This document shows, piece by piece, positions 1-12,369 of a stretch of 64,000 bases of DNA. Origin of the DNA: Marsupella aquatica (lineage: Eukaryota > Plantae > Marchantiophyta); contig OZ316898.1 of NCBI GenBank assembly GCA_973895155.1, positions 14,786,330-14,850,329 of the forward strand, read 5' to 3'. The notes under the pieces are model-generated. The model was given only the letters and a program-made list of their open reading frames with translations, ran no database searches and had not been told where the DNA came from. The stretch's first letter is position 1; every line of letters begins with the position of its first letter. Position numbers and translations under genes: made by a program.

Positions 1-589
1 ATGCAAGGAGACGATTCAAACTGCGGAGGAAGATCGCGAGACACAACTTAGAAACACCGGAAAAACCGTTTGTTCTTCCCTCCTATGCAGAGAAAGCCGC
101 AAGGAAAGCAGAAAGTGCAAGGACACTTTGCTGGGAAAACAAAGGTCTTCGGTTACGAAGGGGTGTTGACCGAAAGTTCATTAAACATCCTTATGTTGAT
201 GACTTCTCCCGCAGCCAGTACGTAGATGATGAGGCTGTGTCCACGGACAGATCCCAGAGTACAGATTCTGGTTCCGACTCACAATCTTCGGAACCGTGAG
301 AAGTAGTGGGTAGTTGAGGCTAAATCTTTTAGCAGCGCCCGGCGCTTGTAACATCTATATTATTTCCCTCTGCTGAGGGTCCTTTTAAATTGTTGATTTC
401 TCTCTACTTGTTGATTACTTTTGACTTCTGTTCTTTACAAGCGCCTGGCGCTCGCCAAATGGAATCTCTAAATGGCCGTTTAGTCTTTGTTGTTTCCTGT
501 CAACGGTCATCGTCATTGGATACCAACTGCCATTTGGATTGTGTTCTTTAGTCAGTCTTCGGAAAGCCGTTGGGGACCATAGTTTTGGG

Positions 590-960
590 ACGATGATTCC
601 ATAGTTTAGGGACCGGGCGGAAGGGACGACTATAGTTTCAGTTTAGGTTTGTTCGGGACGACGAGAGTTGGGGACGTCGATAGTTGAGGCCGATGATAGT
701 TTCGGGAGGACGATAGAACGGGACGATAGAACGGGACGATAGAACGGGAGGGGAGACTTTGTTTCGGGAGGATGATAGAACGTGACGATAGAACAGGACG
801 ATAGTTCGTTTGGGAAGACTTTGTTTCGGGAAGACGATAGAACGGGACGTTAGAGTAGGGCGATAGAACGGGACGATACCTGTTACCAAGGCGAAGATAG
901 TTTTGGGAGGCAATAGAACGGGGTGATGATAGTTTGATGGTCATTTCGGAACGGTAGTGT
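590..960. repeat. Degenerate ~13-bp minisatellite (GATAGAACGGGAC)
   Basis: Repeated gacgatagaacgg units, near-perfect at 710-750. Confidence 0.85.
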
Positions 961-1084
961 ACGCGGACCTTTATCTGGCGTCTTAGTCTTCGCAGACCTT
1001 TCTTTGACCTTTGTCGGCTATAGCACTCGCGGACGACGTTCTTACGGGAGGAGAGGTTATATATTAGATCGGGATCTTTGAAAC

Positions 1085-1546
1085 ATGGCGAGTCAGTATG
1101 AGCCAATGGATTGGGAGGCAGCTTTTCGTCCTTCTCGTGTGCGTCTGGAAGAGAGCCATTTCAGCTCTTTTGAATCGCGGATGGAGACTGAAGAAACTGA
1201 AACTTCCACTTTTCGGAACTGTCATGCTCTCCCGTATGATGAGGCTATTAGTCCTGGAGAGAACAACATCCCTTGGATTGTCGATTCCCCTGCGCCTCCG
1301 TTCTCTAGTCGGTTTTTGTCTCACCCGGGAGTTCTTGTTGATGGGGTACTCCCAATCGATCGAAGAGGACAAGAAATGTTTGGGCGAGTTGATTTTAAGG
1401 ACAGTAATATTCCTAATGAACATTTTACGAGGGCTGTTCGTCGAGGACCTTCAGAGGGATACGTTCGTTTGCGTGGTCTCGGCTTCAAGAAAGATCGGTG
1501 GAGAGAAGCAGCAGGAGTGGATGATGATTGCAACTCGGAAAGCTAG
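1085..1546 (+). CDS. Hypothetical 153-aa protein, probable transposon cargo
   Basis: ATG-started ORF with natural-looking composition, flanked by the AGCGCCnGGCGCT palindromes. No recognisable domain. Confidence 0.35.
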   Translation: MASQYEPMDWEAAFRPSRVRLEESHFSSFESRMETEETETSTFRNCHALPYDEAISPGENNIPWIVDSPAPPFSSRFLSHPGVLVDGVLPIDRRGQEMFGRVDFKDSNIPNEHFTRAVRRGPSEGYVRLRGLGFKKDRWREAAGVDDDCNSES

Positions 1547-2223
1547 ATGGAAATTTTGTTTTGCTGATCGCTTTAAGCTAGCGCCAGGCGCTGCTAAAGT
1601 TTTCCGGATTTTGTGGCATTGAAGTCGACCTCAGCTCTGGCGTTAGGGTTTTCCTGGTTGTCTACTATTTAGGTTTTGGCTAGCGCCGGGCGCTATTGAA
1701 ACGACAACGGATTTTGTGGGAGGGAATGGATCTTGACTATGTTGTCTGGGTTTGGACGCATCTTGTCTCCAAGAAACGACTAGTTTTCTAGTTAGTTTTT
1801 GGCTAGCGCCAAGCGCTGTTCATGTATTAGTCGAAAACCTCCGACGGTGTCGACCGTGACTTCATGGATGGGATTTTTAGGCCAGATTGTTGATGTTGAT
1901 AACTGCATTTTGTATCACTTAAGCCGAGCGTGTTTTCTATTTTGCGATAATATATGCGAATATTTTTTCCGGCCTTTCTTTTCTACTTGTATTTGTCTTG
2001 GATTTTGTGTATCTCAATTGGCAGCCGTCTTTTATGTTTCAAATTTTTTTTTCCGTGTTGTTCTTTTATTTATCACGAGGGTTTGGTGGTTTTGTTTTCT
2101 ATTCTTGTACTTCAAATGGAGATTTTGAGACCTTTTTTTAAGATCACTGTTCACGACCATCCAAACACTGTTCACTGGTAACAGCTCCTTTTAACTGGTA
2201 CCAGAATCTGTTTCCTATTATTG

Positions 2224-4065
2224 TTATCTGTTTGCTGTCGTTTGTAAATTCCCCGTTGATGTTGATGAAGAGTCAATTCTTTCTTCCTTAACCTTCCCTT
2301 TATTTTTGGCTAGCCCATCCCACCTTTCCTTTCTTCTGGTAGATCGAGTAGAGACCCGGTAGCAATCATGATCCAAATCCTCTTCTGAGAAGGTTGATAG
2401 GGCCTTGGCCTCATCATCAGATGGTCCAAACCCTGCCTCGGCATCCGTTTGCCATCCGAGTTTGATGTGGTTGATTTGAACTCCTCCGGGGGTAGTACCT
2501 GGCGGTAAGACCTTGACTGGCAAGAGCTTATGATTTGCGGCTAGGCCTGCCAACCACGTAGGACATTGTCCTAGCATGTGACCCTCCTGTCGGCATCCCA
2601 TACATAGCTGAGCTGGTTGTCCATCACCTTGTTTGCGTGCATTCGGGCATTCTCTAGCAAAATGACCAGGTTGACCACAATTATAGCATGCCGCAAATCT
2701 GTGCACATTTGGCCTAGGAGGTACTGACGGATTTTGAATAATCCGAGGATACATTTCTCCCGGATTGTTCCTTAATCCTGACCAGAGAGATGCAGGTCTG
2801 TTGGATAGGTCTCGTGCTCCAGTCTCACTGATGTTGAAAACACTATCAACGACATCCCCTAAAACGTACTCTACTTCTCCCTGACATGGTCTGACCTCAG
2901 CCATATGCCGAACATGACTAGTATTAAGTTTAGGACACGCATCTTTATGGTGTCCGGTTTTATAACATAAGGCACACCATACAGAGCTATCCTCCTGTAC
3001 TACCTTCTTCTTCGGTTTTACCTCTGCTATTATAGCCTTAAGCTGCTCGGTAAGGGCTACGATGTTATCTGGTGTTTTAGCCTCTAGCTTGACTTTCATC
3101 TTCCCCCTCCTTCTACCCTTCCTTTTCCTAGTTTTTTCTTCTTCAGAACTAGAAGATGACTCACTCTTGCTACCTCCACTATCCGAGCTTGAGTTATCAC
3201 TTCTTGACTTCTTAGAATGTTTCTTTTTCTTATTGTTTTTCTTATGGGTTGATCCTTCCTCCGATGAGGAACTCTCAGACTTAAGTTGTTTCTTCGGGCT
3301 TGTGATATCTGCATTAATGTATAATTGAATATCTCTAATTGCCTTGGCTAGAGTCTCTGGATTCTCCTTCCTAATTGCAAAACTCATCTTTTGTGGCAAA
3401 GCATTCACTAACCATTGAAGTTGCATACCTTCAGATGCATTGGTCTTTGTACGTCTTACCATCTTTTGGAAGCGTTGCAGGAACTTCCTGAAGGATTTGT
3501 TCTCCTTGAACCGAAGTCGTCCCAACTTCAGCACTGCTAACTCTGAAGTTCCAATGGGTCAAAACTCCTTGACAAATAGCGATCTGAAAGTATTCCAGAT
3601 GGCTTGATTTTCCACGTCCAATGCTCTGTACCAAGGCCTAGCCTCACCCTTGAACAGGCCGGGAAGAATTTGCATCTTGATGGCCGATTCTCCATTTGCT
3701 ACAGCAGTTCCTTTGAAGTCATCCAACCATTCGTCCGGATCCTCATCTCCTCTTCCATGAAAGGCCTTGTAATGAATACGCGACCGTTGGCTCAGTCTGG
3801 TCCCTGGCCTCTCGTCTGGCCGTGCCTCTGGTTCCCCCATGTCGGTTGGAGACTCACTTCTCCTTACCGACCCTTCTTCTGGTATGTCTTCTTCGATGCC
3901 AATTTCAGTTACAGAGCTACTAGCTCTTTCTGCCCCTCTTAGTCGCTGTGTATCATGCCACCCGACGAGTTGCTGTAGACGAGCTCTCTCCCATTGAATC
4001 GCTCTTTCCTCTCTCGGTGTAGGTTCAGTCATTACCCACGCTTCCTTCCTAACTTCATATCTCAC
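2224..4065 (-). pseudogene. gag: Ty3/Gypsy gag (retrotransposon gag domain + CCHC zinc knuckles), premature stop, 3'-truncated
   Basis: FHGRGDEDPDEWL gag motif and three knuckles (CALCYKTGHHKDAC, CYNCGQPGHFAREC, CMGCRQEGHMLGQC). In-frame TGA at 3559-3561; the paralogue at ~61690 reads KEFR, consistent with CGA>TGA. Confidence 0.9.
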
Positions 4066-4101
4066 GGCTTAAGAAATGCCCCCTCCATCTAGCCCCAAAA
4101 A

Positions 4102-4964
4102 TGTGGTGCGTCCCATGGCTCCCCAAACCCAAGAAAACCCCCTTGCTCAAGCCGATTCCCGCAGGTTTCATCCTCGGCGAGGCCGTTTCCGCGGGTTAGC
4201 GGCATGGGACGCTGCTAACTCTCCTTCTACTACTATTAACATTTTACACACATATACTGGACAGATCCTTCATCGGGTCATGAGATACTTAGCCGGCCTA
4301 TTCTAGGCCTTCCCTTGTATTCCTCTCCTGGTCTTCCATTAGGTATGTTTGGATTTTGCCGCCGGAATGATCCCCAATTGGCTTGGTTAAGCCGCTAAGA
4401 CCCCTCTCAGCTCGACACATCCAACTCTCACTCCCTTGCTACTTCCCTTCATTGATGTGGGCACTCTTCACACAAGTTAATGCGACACACAAATAGCAAA
4501 ATGACTCCTTCTTACTGAGTTATACCATGCACTTGCCATACAAACAGTACATCTCATACACAAGCTCTGCGAACTAAGCCGTGAGGCCAACTCTATTCAG
4601 TTCTTAGGCATGAGGAAACATGAATATACACATGGGTCATTGTATAACTAACCGAGAGCTTCTCTTACTACTTGATCCCAGCCCTGCTGGTGCAACTAAA
4701 AACTTGCTAAAGAAGAGGCCCTGGACTCCCCGCTGCCCAAGTATTTATCCTGGCAATGGATCTGTCCAGAACTTTGCTACGTAAGCTTAATCTATCCTAC
4801 CTGTAATCTACCTAATTGTACAGCGAGGCAGGAGCACAAGTGTTGCTCCTACCAGTGGATCCGCCATCCCACTAATCTAAGTGTCAGGCCGTCTCTTGGT
4901 CTTGATCCTAATCCTAAACTTGGAGATCTGAGCCCGCCCTGCCCACTCACGCCTCCTACCTCCA
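4102..4964 (-). repeat. Gypsy LTR (~863 bp), reverse-orientation copy
   Basis: Reverse complement of 10697-11436 + 53201-53323. Ends ...CACCACA on the minus strand and is followed by PBS-like TTTTTGGGGCTAGATGGAGG then gag. The 5' boundary is inferred from PPT-like AGGAAGGGCGGACA. Confidence 0.75.
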
Positions 4965-5002
4965 TGTCCGCCCTTCCTAAAAGGAATGGCGCCCTTGCAC
5001 CG

Positions 5003-5849
5003 TCACGACCCTGGTGGCGGATCCTCAATGGACGCCCCCAATGCTTCCCCCATAGCCACTGCCATCGGTCCATCCTCTGACAGATTACTTGCCCCGGACC
5101 GAGTCAACTCTTCATCGGCTTGACTGGGTCCACCCTCGGCTTTGGCCTCAGCATCGGTCATGGCCTTCGATACGGCTTCGGCCTCCCCGACATGTTCTAG
5201 TGGAGGATCTGATACCTCGGCTTCATCAATAGCTGTCCCGGCCTCCGCCTTGCCATCCCCACCTTTTTCAACAAGTGGATCTACTGCCATGACCATGCCG
5301 GAGGTTGGTGCCAGGTTGACCTCCTGGGTCACAACGGCTTGGTAAGTCGTATAACTCCCAGACCCTGAAGGTTTTCGCTTCTTCTTCTTCCCTGTTTTGG
5401 TAGCTGGTCCCTTCCCTTTGCTACCTACCTCCGGCACCGGGGCTTGTGTCTCGGCTTGTCCTTCGGCCAGTACCCCTCCTGGTAACGGAGTTCCCACAAT
5501 TGGAATTGGACCAGATGAAGCTAAGCACTTAAATACTGTGGCCTGTTTCTTCAGCCGCTCCGTTTGGTTGTCGGCCCGCCGCTGTAAGTTCTCCATCTTC
5601 CTGGTGGTTTCCTCCAACTCCTCCTGGGCTTCCTCCAGGTCCTTCCGTCCCTCCTGCAGCTCCTTTCTGGCTTCCTCCAATTCCAATTTTAAGGTAGCCC
5701 TCTCCTCCTGGGTTGCTCTTAGCTCCTTGTCGAGCTCTGTTACAACCTCAGACTCCATCTTATTCATCTTGGCATAAGTCTGGTCGAGCTGGTCGTCCTT
5801 CTCACGCAGGTCGGCCTTGAAACTGGCCGTCAGGGACGCAAGCTCCTGC
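5003..5849 (-). pseudogene. Inverted partial copy of the Gypsy 3' coiled-coil ORF
   Basis: Protein nearly identical to the C-terminal half of ORF 9237-10658. The DNA match ends at a junction at ~5850. Confidence 0.9.
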
Positions 5850-6204
5850 TACAGCTTTAGAGGAGGCAAGAATGATTTTAGCCGAGAGAGTAGAATATAG
5901 ACAGAATACCATGAAACAGCAGTATGATAAAAGGTTGAAACTAGTTAGTATTCACACAAGAGATCTTGTATTACTTTATGACAGTAGGTATAGTAGGTTT
6001 CCGGGGAAACTTTACACCTCCTGGTTAGGACCTTTCAGGGTATCAATGAAGTTCTCTAATGGCTCTGTGAAATTGGCCAACATTACTGGAGAGGTGTACC
6101 CAGTTCGCATCCATTACAACCGCCTCAAGAAATACTATATGGACGAAGATGAAGTTGTTCACGAGGACGCTTCACAATTAAGTGGGGAGCTATGTGATGC
6201 CTAG
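5850..6204 (+). pseudogene. pol: Gypsy integrase C-terminal (GPY/F) fragment
   Basis: VLLYDSR...PGKLYTSWLGPFRV...NGSVKL...YNRLKKYY, the typical Athila/Tat integrase tail. 5' part missing. Confidence 0.85.
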
Positions 6205-6752
6205 CCAGGAATCACTAGGCCAGTTAAGTGGGGAAAACGGAGGTGTACCCTATAAACACATTAGTATAGTAACAAAAACAAGGAAAATATAAACAATTAA
6301 GGGTGACTATGGAACCCGGGCCGAGGCCGGAGGTAAGGACGCCGGGGGAGAGAACACGATTAGGGTTAGGGCGCGCTAAGCATCGGCGGCTAGGGGTAAC
6401 CAACGGGAGGAAAGACCAGAGGAGGAGAGGGGTAAGGACCGCTCACGAGGAATGGTGGCTCATTTGCAAGCACAAACTAGGCAGACGACTACGAAAAGCC
6501 AACTACTGTCAGTTGCTTAGGCAAGCACTCTAGGCGAGAGCAGATACCAACGATCAACTCAAGGAGGGTATGAGCAACGTCAATCAAGCGGCACATTTTT
6601 GGGGATGCCTGTTCAAACGGGCAACTGAGTACATTAGGACTTACGAGGACGAAGAATCCGAGAGAGCAGCTCGAGAATGGCAGGAGCTTGCTCGACTGTG
6701 GGAGCTATAGAAGTCTGCCTTCTTAGGAGGAGAACTCATCAAGGCCGAGTTC

Positions 6753-9700
6753 TTGTGGACTCCTACTGCCAATCAGCTTGATGACCTTCTGTTTTGCGAA
6801 GACAGAATCATCGGCATTCGGGAAGCCATCAACCGCTGCAATGATGCGCACTGGGAGTTGAAGGGTAGCACGGAGGGGTGGACGAAGGCAACTGTGCTAG
6901 CAGAAACATCCATGACAACCGAGATGAAGAGGAAAGGAAACAACAACAAAGAGGCCACCCCGGCAAAAAGAACAAGGTCGGCGGCACCAAGGAAGCCAAT
7001 AGAGCAGCAGAACAGGAGGCAGGGAGAAGCCGAAGAGGAGGAGGTCGATCCCATCAATGCCATTCCAACAAAGGATGACACCTGGAAAGGCTGGGCGGCG
7101 ATCCTACCAGAGGAAGTGCAATTACATTTTGCACGGGAGGAGGATGCATGCTTTACGGCCATGCAGACCAAGAAGTACCAAGGCTTCATGGCCGGATCCG
7201 GCTTGGAAGCCTTCGTAAGATTACCATGGCTGAAGCCGGAGGTGCCGGACTCAGACTTATTAGAATTCGTGGGATCATGGGAACCCGAGACCAACTCCAC
7301 GAGGGTGTATGGGAAGGATTTCTATCTCACTCCCCGGGTGATTGCCGAGGTGTTTGGCTTGCCGATGGCCTCATTCACAATTGGAGGACCCAAAAGGAAC
7401 GTCACACTCAAAAGTGACCATAGTTTATTATGCTTTAGGATATCATTTTTAGGGTGTAATGAGATGATATAGAAAATTTGATATACTATACTTAATAAAC
7501 ATCCTATAGGTTGGTAACATTCATTAAACTATCTAGCATGTGAGACTTTGAAGCTTTCCTTATATGTCCTTCAAAGATTGATAAAAGGACTTGTCACGCA
7601 ACGGGTCACATCATTTCAGGACTCAAAAGGACTCTAAAAAATGCATTTTAGACAATGAAAATTTACCAAAGCATGCATACTAATAGCATAATCTTATATT
7701 TCAAAACTTAAATAGTGACACGTGCACTAAACCTTTATGTACAGGACAAAAATAATCAGCAATTTTGGCTTATTTAGGGCCATCAATACCAGGATCCCTT
7801 AAAACAGTTGAAAACTTGATGTATCTACATGGTGAGGTAGGTTACACCATGTAAAATAGTCTTGTGAAAAAAATTAGACTTAAATGTCTTGAGATAAAAT
7901 CATGATGAACCTTTTTCCATGTTACAAAAGTCATTTTTCACTAACAAAGCATGTTTTTGAGTCCTGAAAGTGGTTCCTGCGAGGTACACCCAATTGTGAA
8001 TGAGGCTCGATGGGTAATAAGACCAAGGTTGATACCAGGAAGACCTTACTTGACAAGGAGTTCCGGTCGTTCCTAGGACCATCAATGAAGAATGGATTCT
8101 TCTGGAACACCTGCACCAACCCGCACATTGGAGAGATGATCGATTTCTTGCGGGTGACCATGCATTGTAACTTGCCAAGGGCAGAGATCGGCAAGGCTTA
8201 GGTCTACTTGGCAGAAAGGCCAGACCCAAGCCAGGATTACAACGGGTACCTCCTCAACCAACTGAAGAAGATCTTGAAGGAGGAATAGCAGGTGATCGGC
8301 GTGGGAAGCGTGTCCCGGCTTGGCTATCACATGCCGTTGTTGTGCCGGTATGCCAGAAGTCAAATCTTTGCCCCAGTACTTCCCCTATCGGCAAGGGCAC
8401 CGGAGGAGGTTCCGGAGCAGAGGCCGGCAACAGAAGAGCCCAACCAGCCTGCCAGTCCTACGATCGAGCAGGTGTTTCGGCCAGGGAAAGAAGACTTGCC
8501 GATGCAGCAATCAGGCATGCACAATCTGTTGAAATTGCTGGAGAAAGAGAGAACGGCACTGGCAACGGCAACGGCACCGGTACATGACACTACCCCAAAG
8601 GCCGGCCTATGCCGACTCAGGAGGGAAAACCCCTTTATCGGAGCCAAGGAGAGAAGGAGGCCGGAACACAAGCCGGGATTTCAAATGTATGTGGGAGCCT
8701 CAAGCCCCGAATCGGAGGCAGAGCAGCCTAAGGCTCCTTCCCGCAGAAAGCAGGGGGAGAGGACAGCTTGGAAACCAGAGGAGGAACCAGAGCCCGTGAT
8801 CTATGAGGCCGTTTTCACGGCAAGACCAGGGGAACAGAGGGGGAAGCCGGGAGTCCAAGCAGTGGAGGAGGCGGTGGAGGACTACAGCAATGATAACTCC
8901 AGCTATGGATCGGATCATCATGTTCCAGGAGTAAGGACCTGTGGCCGGTTTATCCCTACGCTTCCACGAGTAGTTCGAGGGGACCCCACCTAGCAGAGTA
9001 GCCCTGAGTCTCCCCCACCAGAGGTTGCTCCCCCGAGCTTTGACGGCATAAAGCAGACGGCACAAGAGTTTTAGGAGCAACTTAGGGAGGAAGAGAAAGC
9101 AGCCCTGGCTAGGGAGAAAGATTTACTAGAAGGAGATTGGCCGGAGGACATCAGGCGGCTTGCCAAAAAAAGAAGCAACCCTCTTGCCACCATAGAAGAA
9201 ATCCACAAGGCGGCTTGGGAACAGAGGCCGCGGTGGTTGATGCCAATGAATTCTACTTACTCCACCTATGCTAAAGATAGAGCCATGGAGTACGGGGAGA
9301 TGTGTGGGGATCTTGCACTCAACATCTTTGGGGAGGAGTTGGAGCAGGGACCCTTTTTCCAGAGGGAGATGTTGGAGAAGCACCGATTAGAAGAAGCGGT
9401 GGCTTTGGAGAGAAGCAAGAAGGACGAGGTCATCGGGCGGCTTAGGGAGATGGAAGCCGAGGTGGAAGACCTGCAAGCGGCCAAGAAAGCCCAAGATGAG
9501 CTACGGATTAAGCGGCATGAGCTAAACATCATGCAAGGACAATTGGATGCCGCTCAGTCTGGCAATCAAATTATCAAAGATAAACTGACTCGGACCCAAG
9601 GAGAGTTGGCCAACGCGGTCAAGGACAGGGAGAAGTGGAAGCAGGAGCTAAGGGACGCAGAGGAGGCCCACATAACCGCCAACAACCGGGCCATGGCGGA

Positions 9701-10658
9701 GACTCAGAGAAGGGAGAGGGCGTTGAAAAGAGAGCTCGAGGATATCCGCGGAGCCCTTGAGGAAAAGGAGGCCGAGTTAGGGAAATCCTATCAAGGGATT
9801 ATTGCACTGCAGCAGGAGCTTGCGTCCCTGACGGCCAGTTTCAAGGCCGACGTGCGTGAGAAGGACGACCAGCTCGACCAGACTTATGCCAAGATGAATA
9901 AGATGGAGTCTGAGGTCGTAACAGAGCTCGACAAGGAGCTAAGAGCAACCCAGGAGGAGAGGGCTACCTTAAAATTGGAATTGGAGGAAGCCAGAAAGGA
10001 GCTGCAGGAGGGACGGAAGGACCTGGAGGAAGCCCAGGAGGAGTTGGAGGAAACCACCAGGAAGATGGAGAACTTACAGCGGCGGGCCGACAACCAAACG
10101 GAGCGACTGAAGAAACAGGCCACAGTATTTAAATGCTTAGCTTCATTTGGTCCAATTCCAATTGTGGGAACTCCGTTACCAGGAGGGGTACTGGCCGAAG
10201 GACAAGCCGAGACACAAGCCCCGGTGCCGGAGGTAGGTAGCAAAGGGAAGGGACCAGCTACCGAAACAGGGAAGAAGAAGAAGCGGAAACCTTCTGGGTC
10301 TGGGAGTTATACGGCTTACCAAGCCGTTGTGACCCAGGAGGTCAACCTGGCACCAACCTCCGGCATGGTCACGGCAGTAGATCCACCTGTTGAAAAAGGT
10401 GGGGATGGCAAGGCGGAGGCCGGGACAGCTATTGATGAAGCTGAGGTATCGGATCCTCCACTAGAACATGTCGGGGAGGCCGAAGCCGTATCGAAGGCCG
10501 TGACCGATGCTGAGGCCGAAGCCGAGGGTGGACCCAGTCAAGCCGATGAAGAGTTGACTCGGTCCGGGGCAAGTAATCTATCAGAGGACGGACCGACGGC
10601 AGTGGCTACGGGGGAAGCGTTGGGGGCGTCCATTGAGGATCCACCACCGGGGTCGTGA
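6753..10658 (+). pseudogene. Extra sense-strand ORF(s) between pol and 3' LTR of the Gypsy element (Athila env-like/accessory type, long coiled coil), decayed and interrupted
   Basis: ORFs 6753-7472, 8010-8201, 8292-8993 and 9237-10658 on the + strand are separated by in-frame stops and an AT-rich insert. GLEAFVRLPW..LLEFVGSW..FYLTPRVIAEVFGLP resembles plant retroelement accessory ORFs. Confidence 0.6.
7417..7966. mobile_element. ~550-bp AT-rich insertion in the accessory ORF
   Basis: Abrupt GC drop, flanked by direct AAAGTG (7411-7416 / 7967-7972). Internal 15-bp inverted repeat at 7614-7628 / 7955-7969. Confidence 0.5.
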
Positions 10659-10696
10659 CGGTGCAAGGGCGCCATTCCTTTTAGGAAGGGCGGACA

Positions 10697-11436
10697 TGGA
10701 GGTAGGAGGCGTGAGTGGGCAGGGCGGGCTCAGATCTCCAAGTTTAGGATTAGGATCAAGACCAAGAGACGGCCTGACACTTAGATTAGTGGGATGGCGG
10801 ATCCACTGGTAGGAGCAACACTTGTGCTCCTGCCTCGCTGTACAGTTAGGTAGATTATAGGTAGGATAGATTAAGCTTACGCAGCAAAGTTCTGGACAGA
10901 TCCACTGCCAGGATAAATACTTGGGCAGCGGGGAGTCCAGGGCCTCTTCTTTAGCAAGTTTTTAGTTGCACCAGCAGGGCTGGGATCAAGTAGTAAGAGA
11001 AGCTCTCGGTTAGTTATACAATGACCCATGTGTATATTCATGTTTCCTCATGCCTAAGAACTGAATAGAGTTGGCCTCACGGCTTAGTTTGCAGAGCTTG
11101 TGTATGAGATGTACTGTTTGTATGGCAAGTGCATGGTATAACTCAGTAAGAAGGAGTCATTTTGCTATTTGTGTGTCGCATTAACTTGTGTGAAGAGTGC
11201 CCACATCAATGAAGGGAAGTAGCAAGGGAGTGAGAGTTGGATGTGTCGAGCTGAGAGGGGTCTTAGCGGCTTAACCAAGCCAATTGGGGATCATTCCGGC
11301 AGCAGAATCCAAACATACCTAATGGAAGACCAGGAGAGGAATACAAGGGAAGGCCTAGAATAGGCCGGCTAAGTATCTCATGACCCGATGAAGGATCTGT
11401 CCAGTATATGTGTGTAAAATGTTAATAGTAGTAGAA
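10697..11436 (+). repeat. Gypsy 3' LTR, 5' part (remainder at 53201-53323), split by the OUTER transposon
   Basis: Joining 11436 to 53201 reproduces the uninterrupted LTR copy at 4102-4964. Confidence 0.85.
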
Positions 11437-11744
11437 GGTGGAAAGCATGATTGAGGGGTACCAAAATGTGCAAAAATGATTGGGATTCTGGGATGGCAGT
11501 CCTCACAATCCTTGGCACATGAATGGTTGAGATGACAAGGATCTTGAGCCGCCAAGGATGTTTTGAACTCACTTTGAGACAAAACATACTTAAGACTTAA
11601 TAACGACATTGGTGGGGCTAGGACATTATGAGGACTCCAAACGCGCGGAGTTCTCTGCCAATTTGAATCCCTTGAGAAGAGAAGTGCGGCCAACGTGAGA
11701 GTTGTACAGTTGTCCACAAAACTTCCCGCTCACAGAAAGCTTGG

Positions 11745-11920
11745 GCCGCCCATTTCTCACTTGCACTTGTTTCACTTGGGCGGAGCTCTATCCGCCCATT
11801 TCGCACTTGCACAGTTTGTTTCAAATGGGCGGATTCCTTTCTCATTGAAGTTTCACTTGGGCGAAGCTCTATCCGCCCATTTCTCACTCAAGTTTCACCT
11901 GGGCGGAGCTCTATCCACAG
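11745..11920. repeat. Subterminal palindromic repeats GGGCGGA-N6-TCCGCCC
   Basis: 3-4 copies of cacttgggcggagctctatccgcccattt inside the left end of OUTER. Confidence 0.8.
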
Positions 11921-12369
11921 AGCGTATGTGGTAATGAGGGTTTGAGCATTGCGGATTTGCCAATTGATAGAGGATTGCTGCTTGACGGGTTGTTGATTGC
12001 TGCGCATTGGGGGATTGGTCATTGCTGTGCATCGGGGATCGTGGATTGCTGCACATTGGAGGATCGTTGATTGCTGGGCATTGGCGGATTGCGAGCTACT
12101 TAATTGCGGTGGAGGATTACTGCTCGTTACTAGCTGGTTGCTGCTCGGTGGAAACTACTCGGTGAGTTGCAAAGCAGACATCAGAGGGGACTTAATTTTG
12201 TTATCGTGGCTAGAAGGTATAGCTCAAACTTCAAATTTATGTATATTCCTATATAGGCTATCGCTCCGTGTAGTTTAGTCCATCCTGTGAGGCGTACCTT
12301 TACATATTGTGGGCAGAGCTCTTATTGAGTGTTTAGTCACAGTTTTTTTGTTTATTCAGGAAGAGTTCG

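Larger units (their letters stand above)
1..2225. mobile_element. Probable right-hand portion of another large DNA transposon (left end outside window) that truncates the Gypsy gag at ~2225
   Basis: The gag ORF stops abruptly at 2224-2226, where composition turns AT-rich. The segment ends ...TATTGTT, like the ...GTGTT/...GTGAT ends of the Sola-like elements below. It carries its own dispersed palindrome AGCGCCnGGCGCT (~335, 440, 1580, 1682, 1805). The partner TIR/TSD is not visible. Confidence 0.45.

Noticed and set aside
630-1106. 158-aa and 91-aa minus-strand ORFs
   Set aside because: These are translations of the 13-bp minisatellite. Likewise the ORFs at 11618-11934, 15264-15449 and 28183-28555 are repeat-derived.
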